Assembly (NCBI RefSeq): GCF_036321535.1
Contig: NC_087437.1
Location: forward strand, 91,700,001 to 91,764,000
Direction: 5' to 3'
Source: Camelus dromedarius
Lineage: Eukaryota
Length of the DNA stretch: 64,000 nt
This document shows, one piece after another, positions 12,091 through 24,832 of this stretch; position 1 is the stretch's first letter, and each line of letters starts with the position of its first letter. The notes beneath the pieces are model-generated. The model did not search any database. It had not been told where the DNA came from and saw only the letters and a list, made by a program, of their open reading frames with translations. Position numbers and translations under genes: made by a program.

Positions 12091-15000
12091 ACCTTCGAAT
12101 TCCATGATAGTGAGTAAGGCTGTATAATCCTTTTACAGAGCAAAAGGAAAAAAAAAAGTAATTGGTCAAAATGTACATGGTCATTGAAAATATGGCTGTA
12201 GGTGAGATTGCCCAGGGATAGGTGGCAAGTAGAATAAAGGGGAATATGACCTTGAAGAAATCCTGAAATGACACGAAGATATAAGAGGATAGAAACAGGA
12301 AACGGGAGACTTGAAAGAAACTGACAGTAAGTGGCCAAAGGTTTGGGAGGAAACTCAAGAAATCATGGCATATCAGGAGCCAACAAAACACAAACACATG
12401 GAAGTTTTCAATAGTGTCAAATTCTGCTGAGTGTAGGATTAGAGAAGAATTGAGTATTTATTAAATTAGGCCTATTTGGGCTTTATGGGAATAAATGGTT
12501 GTGACTGTTACAAAGAGGAAGGATATTATAGTTTAATGCCTGAAGTCCAGTGGGAAAAGCTTCCAAGAGAGTTACTGAAAAATACTTGGAGAGCTTGCCT
12601 AAAGAGAAAGTAGTCCCTAAACCCCAGTTAATGAGCCCTAGTTAATGTTTGCATTGTCAGTGGGCTTACTGATGTCTTCCCATACCTACTGAGCAAGTGA
12701 AAAGCAAACTTGGGGAGATGTTATGGTGGAGAAATGAGAGTGTAATGATGGAGCAGACTGCACACTCACCATCTAAAGTAAAGACATGCAAGTTTTCTAA
12801 GAATTACAATATTATTTCAGAAAATACTGGGATTTAAATTATCCTCCTTTTATTTCACCAGGGTAAAAAAGGGATCCCTCATAATAGGGAAAGACAAATG
12901 GAAAAAATTGTGAACAATTTTGAACTTGAGGCTTGTCTGCATATCAGAGTACATAAATGTTATGATCCACATGAGAAGGCAGCCCCTCTGGGACACTGTC
13001 ATAGACAGCACTGACTGCTGGCACTGGCTATGAAAATAGTGAATAGTCATAGATGGGGGAACCACCACGGCAGAAACTTGAGGAAAGAGTTATGTGTCCT
13101 TTTTTCTCTTCTTTTCGCTAATTCTAACACTGGAAGAACCAGATCTAGAAAAGAAAAAGAATCAGAGCCTGATTAAATTCCCCAAATTTTATAGCATGAA
13201 GGAAGGCAACTGTTACTAAAATTCAGAGTAAGAATTTCAAGCAGCAGTTTATGATATTTTTATAATACAAAGTAAGTATAAATGTATGGAATCTCCCACA
13301 AATGTCATGAAGAATTTTAAAGCATAGAGTGCAGGTAAGAACAGTACAAATGATTTCATGTCTATGACCCACTGCTTAGTAGCAATTACATTTGTAACTC
13401 CATGGGCCTTCAGTAATGGAAACTCAATGTTGTCAGGAGATTGGAGGACCTGTGACATTACCAAAAGGACCCCAACAACCCACCATTTGAGAGACAAACA
13501 CAAAAAGATTTACTAGGACACCCATTCTAGAGGCAGGGGAAGTGAGGCCCTGCTATAGTAACAATGAAGCAGACAAACGTTAGTACTTTTGGACTTTGAT
13601 AGGAGTGCATGATGATCTCAAGTACAAAATTATCACAGAAGTCTGCTTGTGTTAAACCACCTTAGATAAAACTCAGGTCCTGACCACCTGTTGTTTTTCT
13701 GCTTAGTTGATGATAGGGTGGTTATGCTATAATGTGTTGTGTCTTGGGGCAAGTATAAAAGATTTTACAAAATTATTGTTTTTTTTTAATTAAGGAAGGT
13801 TTATAGTTAAGTTCTCAAAGATGTTGTATCTAACTTAATTGGAGAACTTTAAAATTCTTGAGACAAGATAGAACTGAGGTGATATTTTATATCAGGACGT
13901 TAGACCTGAACTTACAAATTATTCTTTGCATCCCAAATCTGGGTAACGTCTTTACACTACTTTCATATTGCTCTATTTGGACAAAGATTATGGCACTTTC
14001 AAATACATATATCTTTTGGAATTTACAGAAGAAGTAAGATGAGCTGGAGGAACTTACAGCATTAGTGGAAGATAAAAGGATTATTACAAGTAAAACTTTA
14101 GAAAATCTATGTATGTAAATATGTAACTTTGCTTTAGAGGATAAGTGGGATAAAATTATATTTAATATAATTAGGCTAATGACCTTTATAAGGGATCAGT
14201 TGTAAATATTAAAGCTCACAGTATTAGATGAATGATTATGTATTTTAGATCATTAACTCACATTGAAATGAACTTGAAATATATAAATACACAATTAACT
14301 TTTATGTTCTGTTTATTATACTTTTCTGTCACTGTTTTGAATTCTCTATAAAAGGCACATGAATGTTTTGACAGAACTACAGAAATCCTCTGATGGCAAT
14401 ATTATTTTCTATAAAAGTATAATAAATATTTTAGTCAACTATTAATAACCTAATTTGAATATTGCAACAAAAAGTCCTTAAAGCATAAGATGACAAAATA
14501 ATTGTCAAAGTACTGTCTGCGAATATTTCAGAAATAGTCTCCCCAGCATGTAATGAACCTTAAAAATCAACACATCATACAAATATCAAAGGTCACATTT
14601 TAAGACATTGTGACTTTCTTACTATTAAATAAATTTTTGACATTGCTGAATCCTTATAAATTATTTTTTTTAACCCAGATGATGTCCAGATTGAGGGGAA
14701 CCATATTGGAATATTGTAGCTGAAATGTCCTGTGGGTGACTAGCAGTTACATCATACAGAAGAAATGATTAAAAGAAAAAAAAAATGCCACCTCCAGGCA
14801 TGAGGCAATTTCCACAAGAAAATACGTGGGATGCAATTACTCTCTGGTACCAGGCCTGAAAAGAACCGACAGCTAGACATTAGTGCTGTAATTGTAGTCC
14901 AGAATCTTCCAATGAAGAGGGTTGATTAAGTTGCTTTGAATCAGAGGTGTTCAAATAGTGAAATATCCTTTATTCATTTATTGCCATAGGGATCAGTGCA

Positions 15001-15344
15001 CATGGGAAAAGAAATGATCAGAAATCTAGATTAGGCATTCAGTAGCCAAATTAAATCTATACCAAATTTAGCAAACTAGATGCTTAACTGATACTGTGCA
15101 AAGACCAGGAAATAAATCTAAATTTTAGCCTTGAGATGCTGCAGTCTGAGAATTTTACTTGGTATGCTATAGATGGAATGCATTCAGTATAAGATTTGCA
15201 TAATTAGGATTATTTTAATAATATATTCTCTTCTTATACATTGAGATAACTGAAACATTTTCTGAGACAGTTGCTTAAACAAATAAACATATTGCTTGTA
15301 CCCTAGCATGGGTATTTATTTTGCTTTTAATATGCAATTTCAAA

Positions 15345-16790
15345 TATTTTTTTCTTTGATTTCATAGCAAGTATATTGAGATATAATTGTCAGACAATAA
15401 AATTCAATTAAGTGTATAGATTAGGAATTTTGACCTTCAGAAATAGCTTTGTAACTATCTCTAAAATCAAGATGTAAATATTTACATCTTTCCAAAAATC
15501 TCACGCTGCTTTGCAGTCAGTTTGTTCCCCAGCTCTGGGAAGCACTGATCTGTTTTTTGTCTCTAAATTTATGTTATTGAATTTCAAATAAATAGAATGA
15601 TAGAAGATACATACTTTAGAATTTTACATCTCTAATGTATCATGATCACTGATGCTTGCCCATGTTTTTGTCCCTGTCAGTAATTCATTCGTTTTATTAC
15701 ACCTTAATTTGGTTATCTGTTGACTAGGTGATGGACATTAGGGTTGTTTTCAGTTTTGTTTATTATGTGTTACGAACAGCACCTTTCTGTGTAGAATTTA
15801 GTTTTATGTCTCTTGGTTGAATACCTAGGACTGGGATTGTTGAGTTATGTGGTATGTTTATATCCTACTTTATAAAACACTACCAACTTGTTTCTAAAGT
15901 TTGTAGCATTTTTCATTCCCATCAGCAATGTATGAGAGAACTCGTACCGTATACTCACCAACATGTGGTATTTCAGTCTTCTCAATTTTAGCCATTCTAG
16001 TGTCAATAATATCTCTGAGATTTAAATTTCCATTTTTTAATCATTAATGATATTGCAACTTTTCATGTGCTTACTCTCCATTCATATATCTTTGAAGTGT
16101 CAGTTTAGTCTTTCCCATTTTAAATGATTTTTGTTTTCAAAAAGACCTTTGTATATTCTGTATACAAACACTTCATCAGATATATGAATTCCAAATAATT
16201 TTCCCATCTGTTATTTACACTTTCATTCACTTATTTTTGCATCTTTGAAAGAGCAAAAGCAGATACCCAGTTGTTCCAGCACTTTGTATCGAAAGACTAT
16301 ACTTTAGTCCATTGAATTATACTGCTGATTTTAACGTTAATTGGCCAAATAACTTTTGGTTTATTTCTGAATTCTTTTGGTTCCATTGACTTATATGGCT
16401 ATTATAATTTCAGTGCTAGTCTCTTGATTACTCTAACTAAAAAATAGTCATTTTAAAAATGGGATCTTCTAAGTAGTCTTGATTTTCATTTTATTTTTTG
16501 ATACTATAAATCCATTATTTCCATATAAATTTTAGAAAAATCTTGTGTAGTTTTTCAAAATGGCTCCTAGGAATATGATTGGACTGGTTTCAATATATAG
16601 ATACAGTTGGGAAGAATTACAATCTTAGCAATATTGGATCTTCTAATGCATAGACATAGTATATATCTCCATTAATTTAGGTGTTTGTTAATTTCCATCA
16701 GCAATGTTTTGTAACTTACAAAGGTCTTTCAAATCTTCTCTTAAATTTATACTATTAAAATAGCCATTAAAATTTTTCAAAATTCTGAAA
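15345..16790 (-). mobile_element. L1 3' portion (L1MB/L1ME-like), degenerate
   Basis: 3'UTR 'tattgagatataattg...ctgggaagcactgatctg', then antisense ORF2 C-terminus 'cattcccatcagcaatgtatgagag', 'ccagttgttccagcac', 'ttccatataaattttagaa'. Confidence 0.85.
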
Positions 16791-17289
16791 TTTTAAAGTT
16801 TTCATAACTAATGTTAAAGGAAAAATCTGATCTGGCCTGAACTAATTGGGTAAAAATTCTGACATGAAGTGATGTGAGACTATTTAGGGTTATTATTTAT
16901 ATCATGTAGAATTAATATTTTTTGCTATAGAAATTTTAATTAGTCTCATTGCAAAGTTTTGCCCTTGACCATACTGGGGATGAGTGTTGTAATACAGAAT
17001 ATATCTGTAATATTTCCTTAATAATTCTAAAAATTTCAGAATTTTTGAACACATTTGACCTCAAAAGAATGAATAATGAATTGGGGAAGAAAACTGGAAA
17101 GGGAAAGTTAATTTTATTGACATTAAATTTTTCCTCAGGAATAATAATAATTGAAGCAGATCCAAGGATAAATGGAAACTTGATATTTGCCAACTATTTA
17201 CAACTCAATGATTAAACGACTAGCTGTTCATAAATAGTCCTGGGACATTCAGTTATTGTTATGCAATAAAATTAACAGTAGGCAGCTGT

Positions 17290-17860
17290 GTTATATCATC
17301 TATAAAAAATAAAGGCCTAAATGTATTGGATAAAATGTTTAAATGTTTATAAGAAATATTAGACAATAATATTATAAACTTGGTGTTTTGTATGATTGCT
17401 TAAATGAGACACTGAAACTGTACATCATAAAGGAAAATATTGATAAATTTGGCTTTACTAAAATTAAATTAATATTTAACACAATAAAAGAGCATAACCT
17501 AAGTTACAATGAGATACTTCCAAATTATTCAACCAATAGTAAGTTGATATCCAGAGTACATAAATAACTCTCCAAGGCAATGTGTAAAAAGACTATATAA
17601 ATGAAGATGACAAAGGAAACCGATTTATAAAAGATGAGTCTAGAAGAGAAAACATAGAAATAGATGTTCCCCCTCACTTGGAATCTAAAAATTAAAATAT
17701 CAGTAAGGAAAAATTTCTATAGATGGAGAAAGTACCATTCTTTCATTGTAGGCTTGCAAATATTTTGAAAAGCAATTTAGAACTGTCTACGAATTTTTAT
17801 TGGTGATTTCCTGTGAATAGCAATTTACTATGTAAAGATGCATAGCGTGGAAATGGCTAT
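17290..17860 (+). mobile_element. Old L1 (L1ME-like) ORF2 3' fragment
   Basis: 'catcataaaggaaaatattgataaatttggctttactaaaattaaa', 'ttgatatccagagtacataaataactc'. Confidence 0.6.
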
Positions 17861-18534
17861 GTTGTCTGTTCAGCCACATTAAAATAACATAAATTGTTTA
17901 AAAAGTGTGTGATAAGTTAACTTTAACATATACCTTCTGGCTGGCTAGTTAGCATTACAAGTGCTTCAATTATTGTTATATCCTCCAAAAAGCTTTTATT
18001 CTAGCATTATATATGTAAGAAGTATTTTCCATTGATGATTAAGGTTTGTAGGATTGGCAAAAAGATCTTAGTAATTATGTTCCCTTTACATGAATGAGGC
18101 AAAACATCTGGCCAGCCCAATAGTCAAACACATCTTGATGTGTAGTTTACAGTATTATTTAGTAATCTGTTCCTCTATTTAATAGTGAACTTTTTGGCCT
18201 TAGCCAGAAAGAATATAATTTGATACTGCTCTCAGAATATTATTGCATCCACTTAAAAATGACCTTTGTCTACAAGGTTTATTTTAGAGTATCCAAGATT
18301 AGATAATGGTTTCATAGAGTTTACTGCAATGAATGTGTTTCATGTGATTGCCAAGAATGAACATGTATCTTTATTAAAACAAACCAAATGAAACCAAACA
18401 AAAGATGTAAAGTGAGTAAACAGAATGTTAGGATTTTCATAAATTAATAGGGAGGTACACTGTTCTTCATTATATAATTATCTAATCTTTTACTCTATAT
18501 GAAAAATATTTCAAAATTAAAACACAAAAGTGTT

Positions 18535-21500
18535 TGCTCCAGTTTCCATTTCCACATGGAAGGAGCTTGAATGTCATCAAGCCAGGAACAAGTACAAAAT
18601 TAAACAGACTAAAAAACAATTCTTCTTGGATTTGTAAGAGAAGGGACGACACAGGGTGAACTGCTTCCCCAAAATTGGAGAGACAGAAGACTATAGGGAA
18701 GCATGACTTATCTTGTAGAAAACCATAAATAGAAACCTCTGTGGGAACCAGTGCTGAAGTAGGAAACTATAAACTGTAATTGACAAATTGCTGTTTAAGT
18801 ACAGTATGAGCAGTGTGAGAGCTAAAAAGTCCAGAAAGACCTAGTCATAGGGGGGCTCCCACAGTGTTAGGAGATTTAGCTACAGGAGATCTACCAGCTT
18901 CCCACAGTAAATATCAGAGAAAAACCCCCTCTACCTCCTGGCAGGAAATGCAATGGGAATCACTTCAAAATAAAAGTCAGAGAACTCAGTTCTTAACAAG
19001 GACTGCCCTCAAGATAAACTAGTTAACCACAGCCTAGCTTGCAGAGATGTTATCAGAGCCAAACTCATCTGGGGAAAGAAAAATATCCAACTCTAGGTAC
19101 TCTAACCATTCTGTCTGACTTATGGGGAAAGATAAATAAAAGTTATTGTAGTGCTCACAGTCCAGAGGCATAAGTTCACTAAAAGACTGAGACTTAATCA
19201 TAGTAATATAGAACAGTTCCCCCTTACCTCACACCTCACCATTGCTTTACTGAAAGCCTGTTCATTGCAATTCCTTTTACCTGGTATATTTTTTGTTTTG
19301 TTTTGCTTTTTTTTTTTTAACCTTTTCCTTGCTTTATTTATTTTTTATATTGAAACATATTTGATTTACAATGTTGTTAATTTCTGGTGTACAACATAGT
19401 TACTCAATTATATAGATATCATATATATTAATTATATATACAGTTAGTATCTGCAAATCCTGAAGTTCCAATTTATCCTCCCCTTCTTCTATAGTAACCA
19501 TAAGTTTTCTATGTCACCCTGTTCCTGTTTTATAAATAAGTTAATTTGTGTAACTTTTTAGATTCCACATAAAAGTGTTGTCATATGGTATTTTTATTTC
19601 TCTTTCTGGCTTACTTCATTTGGTGCAACAATCTCCAAGTCATCTATGTTTCTGCCAATGGCATTATATCATTTTTTATGGCTGAGTAGTATTCTACTGT
19701 GTGTGTGTGTGTGTGTGTATACCATAACTTCTTTATTCAATCTTCTGCCGATAGACATTTAGTTGGCTTCCACATCTTGGCTATTGTAAATAGTGCCCCT
19801 ATGAACATTGAGGTGCATGTATCTTTTTGAATTAGAGTTCCTTCCAAATATATGCCCAGGAGTGGGATTGCTGAATCATATGGTAGGTCTATTTTTAGTT
19901 TTTAAAGGAATCTCCATACTGCTTTCCATAATGGCTGCACCAAACTATATTCTCACCAACAGTGTAGGAAGGTTCCCTTTCTTCCACACCTTCTCCAGCA
20001 TTTATCATTCATGGACTTCTGAATGATGGCCATTCTGACTGGGGTGAGGTGATACCTCGTTGTAGTTTTGATTTGCATTTCTCTGATAATTAGTGATATT
20101 GAGCAATTTTTGTGTGCCTATTGGCCGCTTGTATGTCTTCATTGGAGAATTGCTTGTTTAGATCTTCTGCCCATTTTTGGATTGGTTTGTTTGTTTTTTT
20201 ATTACTGAGTTGTATGAGCTGTTTTTACATTCTGGAAATTAAGGCCTTGTCAGTTGCATCATTTGCAAATATTTTCTCCCATTTTTATATTATACCTCAC
20301 TATGAAGAAATACTTATAAGGCATACCAAAAGAAATTTGGTCTGCTTTTGAAGAGACAGAGTAAGCACTAAAACCAGATATGACAGGTATGCTGGATTTA
20401 TTAGACTGGGAATTGAAGCGACTATAATTAATATGTTAAGGGCTCTAATGAATAAGGTAGACAGCATGTAAAAACAGATGGTCAGTGTAAGCAGAGACAT
20501 GGAAATTCTAAAAAAGAACAGAAATGCTAGAGATTAAAGATTAAAAACACTGTAACAGAAAATTAGGACTGTCTTTTATGGGCTTATTGTTGGACTGGAA
20601 AAGGCTAAGGAAAGAATTTGTGAACTAGATAATATATCAATAGAATCCTTCAAAATTGAAAGGCAAAGATAACAAAGAATGAAACAGAAAAGAATGTGTA
20701 AGGATTGTGAAACAACTACAAAAGATAGAACATGCAGTTAGAAATACCAGAAGGAGAAAAAAGAACAGATATGGTTTCATGTTTCAAGCATGAAACAAAG
20801 GCTGATAAATTTCCCAAATTCATGTCATACACCAAAGCACAGACCCAGGAAGCTCAGAGACCACCAAATTTGACAAAAACCAAGAAATCTACATATAGGA
20901 ATATTATTTTCAAAGTACAGAAAATCAAAAATATAGAAAAAATTCCTGTAAAAAAAAGATGGGAAAAACTCCTTATTATAGAGGAACAAAGGTAAGAATT
21001 GTACCCAACTTTCTCTGAAGCCATGCAAAACAGAGTGAGGAGCGAAATATTAAGAAGTATTAAGTGGAAAAAAAAAGAACCTAGAAATTTTGTAACAAGC
21101 AACATTATCTTCAAAAGTAAAGGACAAATGGACTGTTTTAGACAAAAACTGAGGGAGTTTGTTGCCAGTAGATGTGCCTTGCAAGAAATGTTAAAAGGAT
21201 TTCTTCAGTGAGAACAAGCACTCATGATAAAAATTATCAACAAATTAGGAATAGAGGGAGATTTCCTTAGTTTAATACAGAATATCTTTAAAGCCCTAAA
21301 GTTAACAGCATAGTTAATGGTGAAATACTTGAAGTTTTCCCACTAAAACCAGGTACAAAACAAAGAAGTCTCTTTATTCCATTCCTTTTCAACATGTTAC
21401 TGGAAGTTTTACTAAATGCAATTAGGCAAGAAAAGGAAATAACAGATATACAGATGAGAAGGAAGAAATAGAACTGTCTTACTTAGAAATGACGTGATCA

Positions 21501-23560
21501 TCTGCATAGAAAGTCTGACAGAAGAAACAAAAAATCCAGAGCTAACAAGTGATTATAGCAATGTTGTAGGATACAAGATTAATATCCAAAAGTCCATCAC
21601 TTTGCTATAAAGCAATGATCAAGTGGAATTTGAAATTAAAGAAAAACAATACTATTTACATTAGCAACTCCACCAAATAAAATACATCCAAATCTAACAA
21701 ATTATTTACAAGATAAATATGAAGGAATCTACAAAATTCTGATTAACAAGGTCAAAGAACTAAATAATCGAGAGATATCCCATGTTTATGGACAGGAAAA
21801 CTCAAAATTCTCAAGTTGTCATTTCTTCCAAAATTGATGTATAGATTCAATGAAATCTGAGTCAAAATCCCAGCAAGTTATTTTGAGTTAAGTCCGCAGT
21901 CTTGATTCTAAAGTTTATATGGAGAGGCTAAAGACCGTGAAAAACCAAAACAATACTGAAGGGAAGAACAAAGGAGGAAGATTTATACTACCTGACTTTA
22001 AGACTTAATATAAATATAAAGCTACAATAATCAGAATGCTGTGATACTGAGAGAATAGACAAAAATATAATGGGATAGAATAGAAAGCCCAGAAATAGGC
22101 CCACATAAATACAGTCCACTGATCTTTGACAAAAAAGCAAAGGCAGTACAATGGAACAAAGATAGTCTGTTCAACAAATAGTGCTGGAACAACCGAGCAT
22201 CCACATGCAAAAGCACAAATACAGACACATATCTTAGAAGTCAAAATAGGTCACAGATCCGAAAGTAAAATGAAAAAATATGAAGCTCCTAGATAAGAAG
22301 AGAGAAAACCTAGATGACCTTCTGAATAGCCACAAATTTTCAAATACAATACCAAAAGCATTGTTCATAAAATAAATAAGTGATAAGGTAGACTTCATTA
22401 AAATTAGAAATTTATGCTCTGTAAAAGACAATGTGACAAGAACAAGACAAAATATAGACTAGGAGAAAATCTTACAAAAGACACATCTGATAAATGACTT
22501 AATTCAAAATATACAAAAAAGCTTTTCATCTCAACAGTAAAAATACATACAAAGTGATGAAAAAATGGGCCTAAAACCTTAACAGATACCTCATCAAAGA
22601 AGAAATACAAATGTCACATAAACATATGAAAAGATGCTCTATGTCATATGTCATCAGAGAAATGTAAATGAAAACAACAATAGGATATCACTATACACCT
22701 ATTAGAATGGCCCAAATCCAGACAATGGGCAGTACCAAGCCCTGGTAAGATGTGGAACAACAGAAACTCTCACACGTTTCTGGTATATGGGCAAAACGGT
22801 ATAGTGACTTTAGAGGACAGTGTGCTGGTTACTTAGAAAACTAAACATAATCTTATCATAGAATCCAGCAATGACATTTTTCGTTAATCCCCAAAGGAAC
22901 TGAAAACATGATCACACAAAAACCTGTACATGGATATGTAAATCAGCTTTAGTCATCATTACTAAAATTTGGAAGTAACCAAGACAGTCTTCAGTAGGTA
23001 AGTGAAAAAATAAATTGTGGTACATTCAAACAGTAGAATATTATTCAACACTAAAAATAAATGTGCTACCAAAGCATCAGAAGACATGTAGAAACCTAAA
23101 TCCATACTGCTTAGTGAAAGAAGCTAGTCTGAAAAGACTATGTGCTATTTAATCCAACTATATGACGTTCTGGAAAAGGCAAAACTGTGGCGACGGTGAA
23201 AAGATAAAAGATCAGTAATTCCCAGGGCTTAACGGGTGAAGGATGAATAGACAGAACTGAAGAACTTTTAGAACAGTAAAGATACCCTGTATGATGCTAT
23301 ACTGATAGATACATGCCATTATAGGTTTATTCAAATCTGTAGAACGTACAACACAATGAATCATAGTGTAAACTATGGACATCAGGTGATTTCGATATGT
23401 CAGTGTAAGTTCATCAGTTGTAACAAATGCACAACTCTGTGGTGGTTTGTTGATAATATGGGAGCTATGCATATGTGTGGCAGGAGATATATGGGAAATA
23501 ACTGTATGTATTTTTCTCTCAGTTTTGCTTAAAATTTGAAAAAAATAGTTAAAATTTTTT
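18535..23560 (+). mobile_element. Near full-length L1MC-like element (5'UTR, ORF1, 3' half of ORF2, 3'UTR) with an internal deletion and a nested younger L1
   Basis: ORF track 20732-20995 (EIPEGEK...QEAQRPPN...STYRNIIFK) and 20999-21211 (...KLREFVASRCALQEMLKG) are L1 ORF1p remnants. ORF2 RT/C-terminal DNA spans 21220-22900. L1MC-type 3'UTR 'gtaaactatggac...gtcagtgtaagttcatcagttgtaacaaatgcac'. Confidence 0.9.
19290..20285 (-). mobile_element. Young 5'-truncated lineage-specific L1 nested in the L1MC 5'UTR
   Basis: T-rich tail at 19290-19350. 'tttttagattccacat...ggctgagtagtattc', 'ccattctgactggggtgaggtgatacctc'. Possible short TSD TATATT at 19284-19289 and 20286-20291. Confidence 0.92.
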
Positions 23561-24544
23561 TAGAGAACAGTATAATTAAACAAACTACATTAAATCAATA
23601 ATTACCACTGGTCTAAGAATGGCTACAATTAAGAATCTGGCTCCTAAATCACTGAACTTTTGGAAATACTAAGTTATGGAAATACTTTATAAGTTATAGT
23701 TTTTATCAATTAGTTTAAGTAGTTGTATTGCACTTGAAACATACAAGGAAATTTAAATGGTAAAGTAAGATTTCTAAAGTTCCTCTTTCACAATGTAGCA
23801 TTTCTATTCTACACACTTATTAAGCATTTCTTGAGAGATGGGATGTGGTTCTTGAGAGGAAGATAAAGACAAGAAAATCTGTTGTTTAAACTTAACAGGA
23901 AATATAACGCCAGGTTTTGAAGGCCTTTAGAATCCTACTCTGTCATAGAAATGAAACTTTTAACAATTTATTGCTTTTCTGAGACCAAATCTCTTTCTTT
24001 CCATTCAGGGAGAAAGGAATCTCAAGGTCTGTTTCATAAAGCAAGTTTGAAATGTTACTCTTAGATCCTTTCTTGTCAGCTCCCACATGTTCACTTGCAG
24101 TTCTTAGAAATGCGAGATTGTCTAAGGTTTCTAGGGGTAAAACAGAAGAAATTGTATTCACACGTCTTCGAACTCCCCAACTCTTTCGTACATTTAAAGG
24201 GCTTGCAACATTTACTGACAGCATTGTTGCCTTATTTCAACAAAAGCATATTCACTCTGGGGATATTTGGGAGGTCTTAAACCGTCTCTGATTTCCACAG
24301 GTGCTGTCAACAGAAACATGAATTCATTACCATCATAGAAAAATGTTTTTTCCTATTCTATCCAGAAAGGCCTGCAGAAGTCAAACATATATGAAACTGA
24401 TTAGTCAATAGAGAAAGATGATTGTCCGTAAGGAAACAGGACTGTATTTCCTGTGGGAGACTAGTCATGGCTGTATATTTTAATCTGTTGCCTTTAGTCT
24501 CATACTGTCCCTTTATCCATGTCATTGGATATCCCCGGCCTTTA

Positions 24545-24670
24545 CACCAAGGGCATTTGAAAATATGTATGGGCATTTTTGATGGTCACAAAAAATTAAG
24601 GAGAATTACTGTGTTTAATTAAAATAAAGTTGGTTCACCAGGATGTCAGTAGTCCTCCCAGTGAGAAATT
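24545..24670. mobile_element. MER20-like hAT MITE fragment
   Basis: 'aagggcatttgaaaatatgtatgggcatttttgatggtcacaa...ccaggatgtcagtagtcct'. Confidence 0.5.
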
Positions 24671-24832
24671 TATTCACAAAGTTAATTTATGAACTTCATG
24701 AAATTTCCATTTCCTTTTTAATCTTCTATACAGTTTACATGTATAAATGTCATATTGACATTCATTAATCTTTTTATTATTAACCCCAGCAGACTATAAA
24801 AGTTACAGAAAAAATGAGATAATGTGGCCTTC

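Larger units (their letters stand above)
10810..12480 (-). mobile_element. L2 LINE 3' region, interrupted by a Charlie fragment and an MLT1 LTR
   Basis: Antisense L2 hallmarks: 'catttattcatg...gagtactgag...taggtatcagactctg', 'cttggaagatgaatgtgaattaactag', 'ggaagttttcaatagtgtcaaattctgctgag'. Confidence 0.65.

Noticed and set aside
12500..13700. Higher-complexity stretches that may be old LTR fragments
   Set aside because: I could not match them to a family by eye, so they need a Dfam scan. The same applies to ~50740-51200.
14660..14730. Acceptor-like 'ttttttttaacccag' followed by ATGATG
   Set aside because: All three frames hit a stop within 15 codons and there is no convincing donor.
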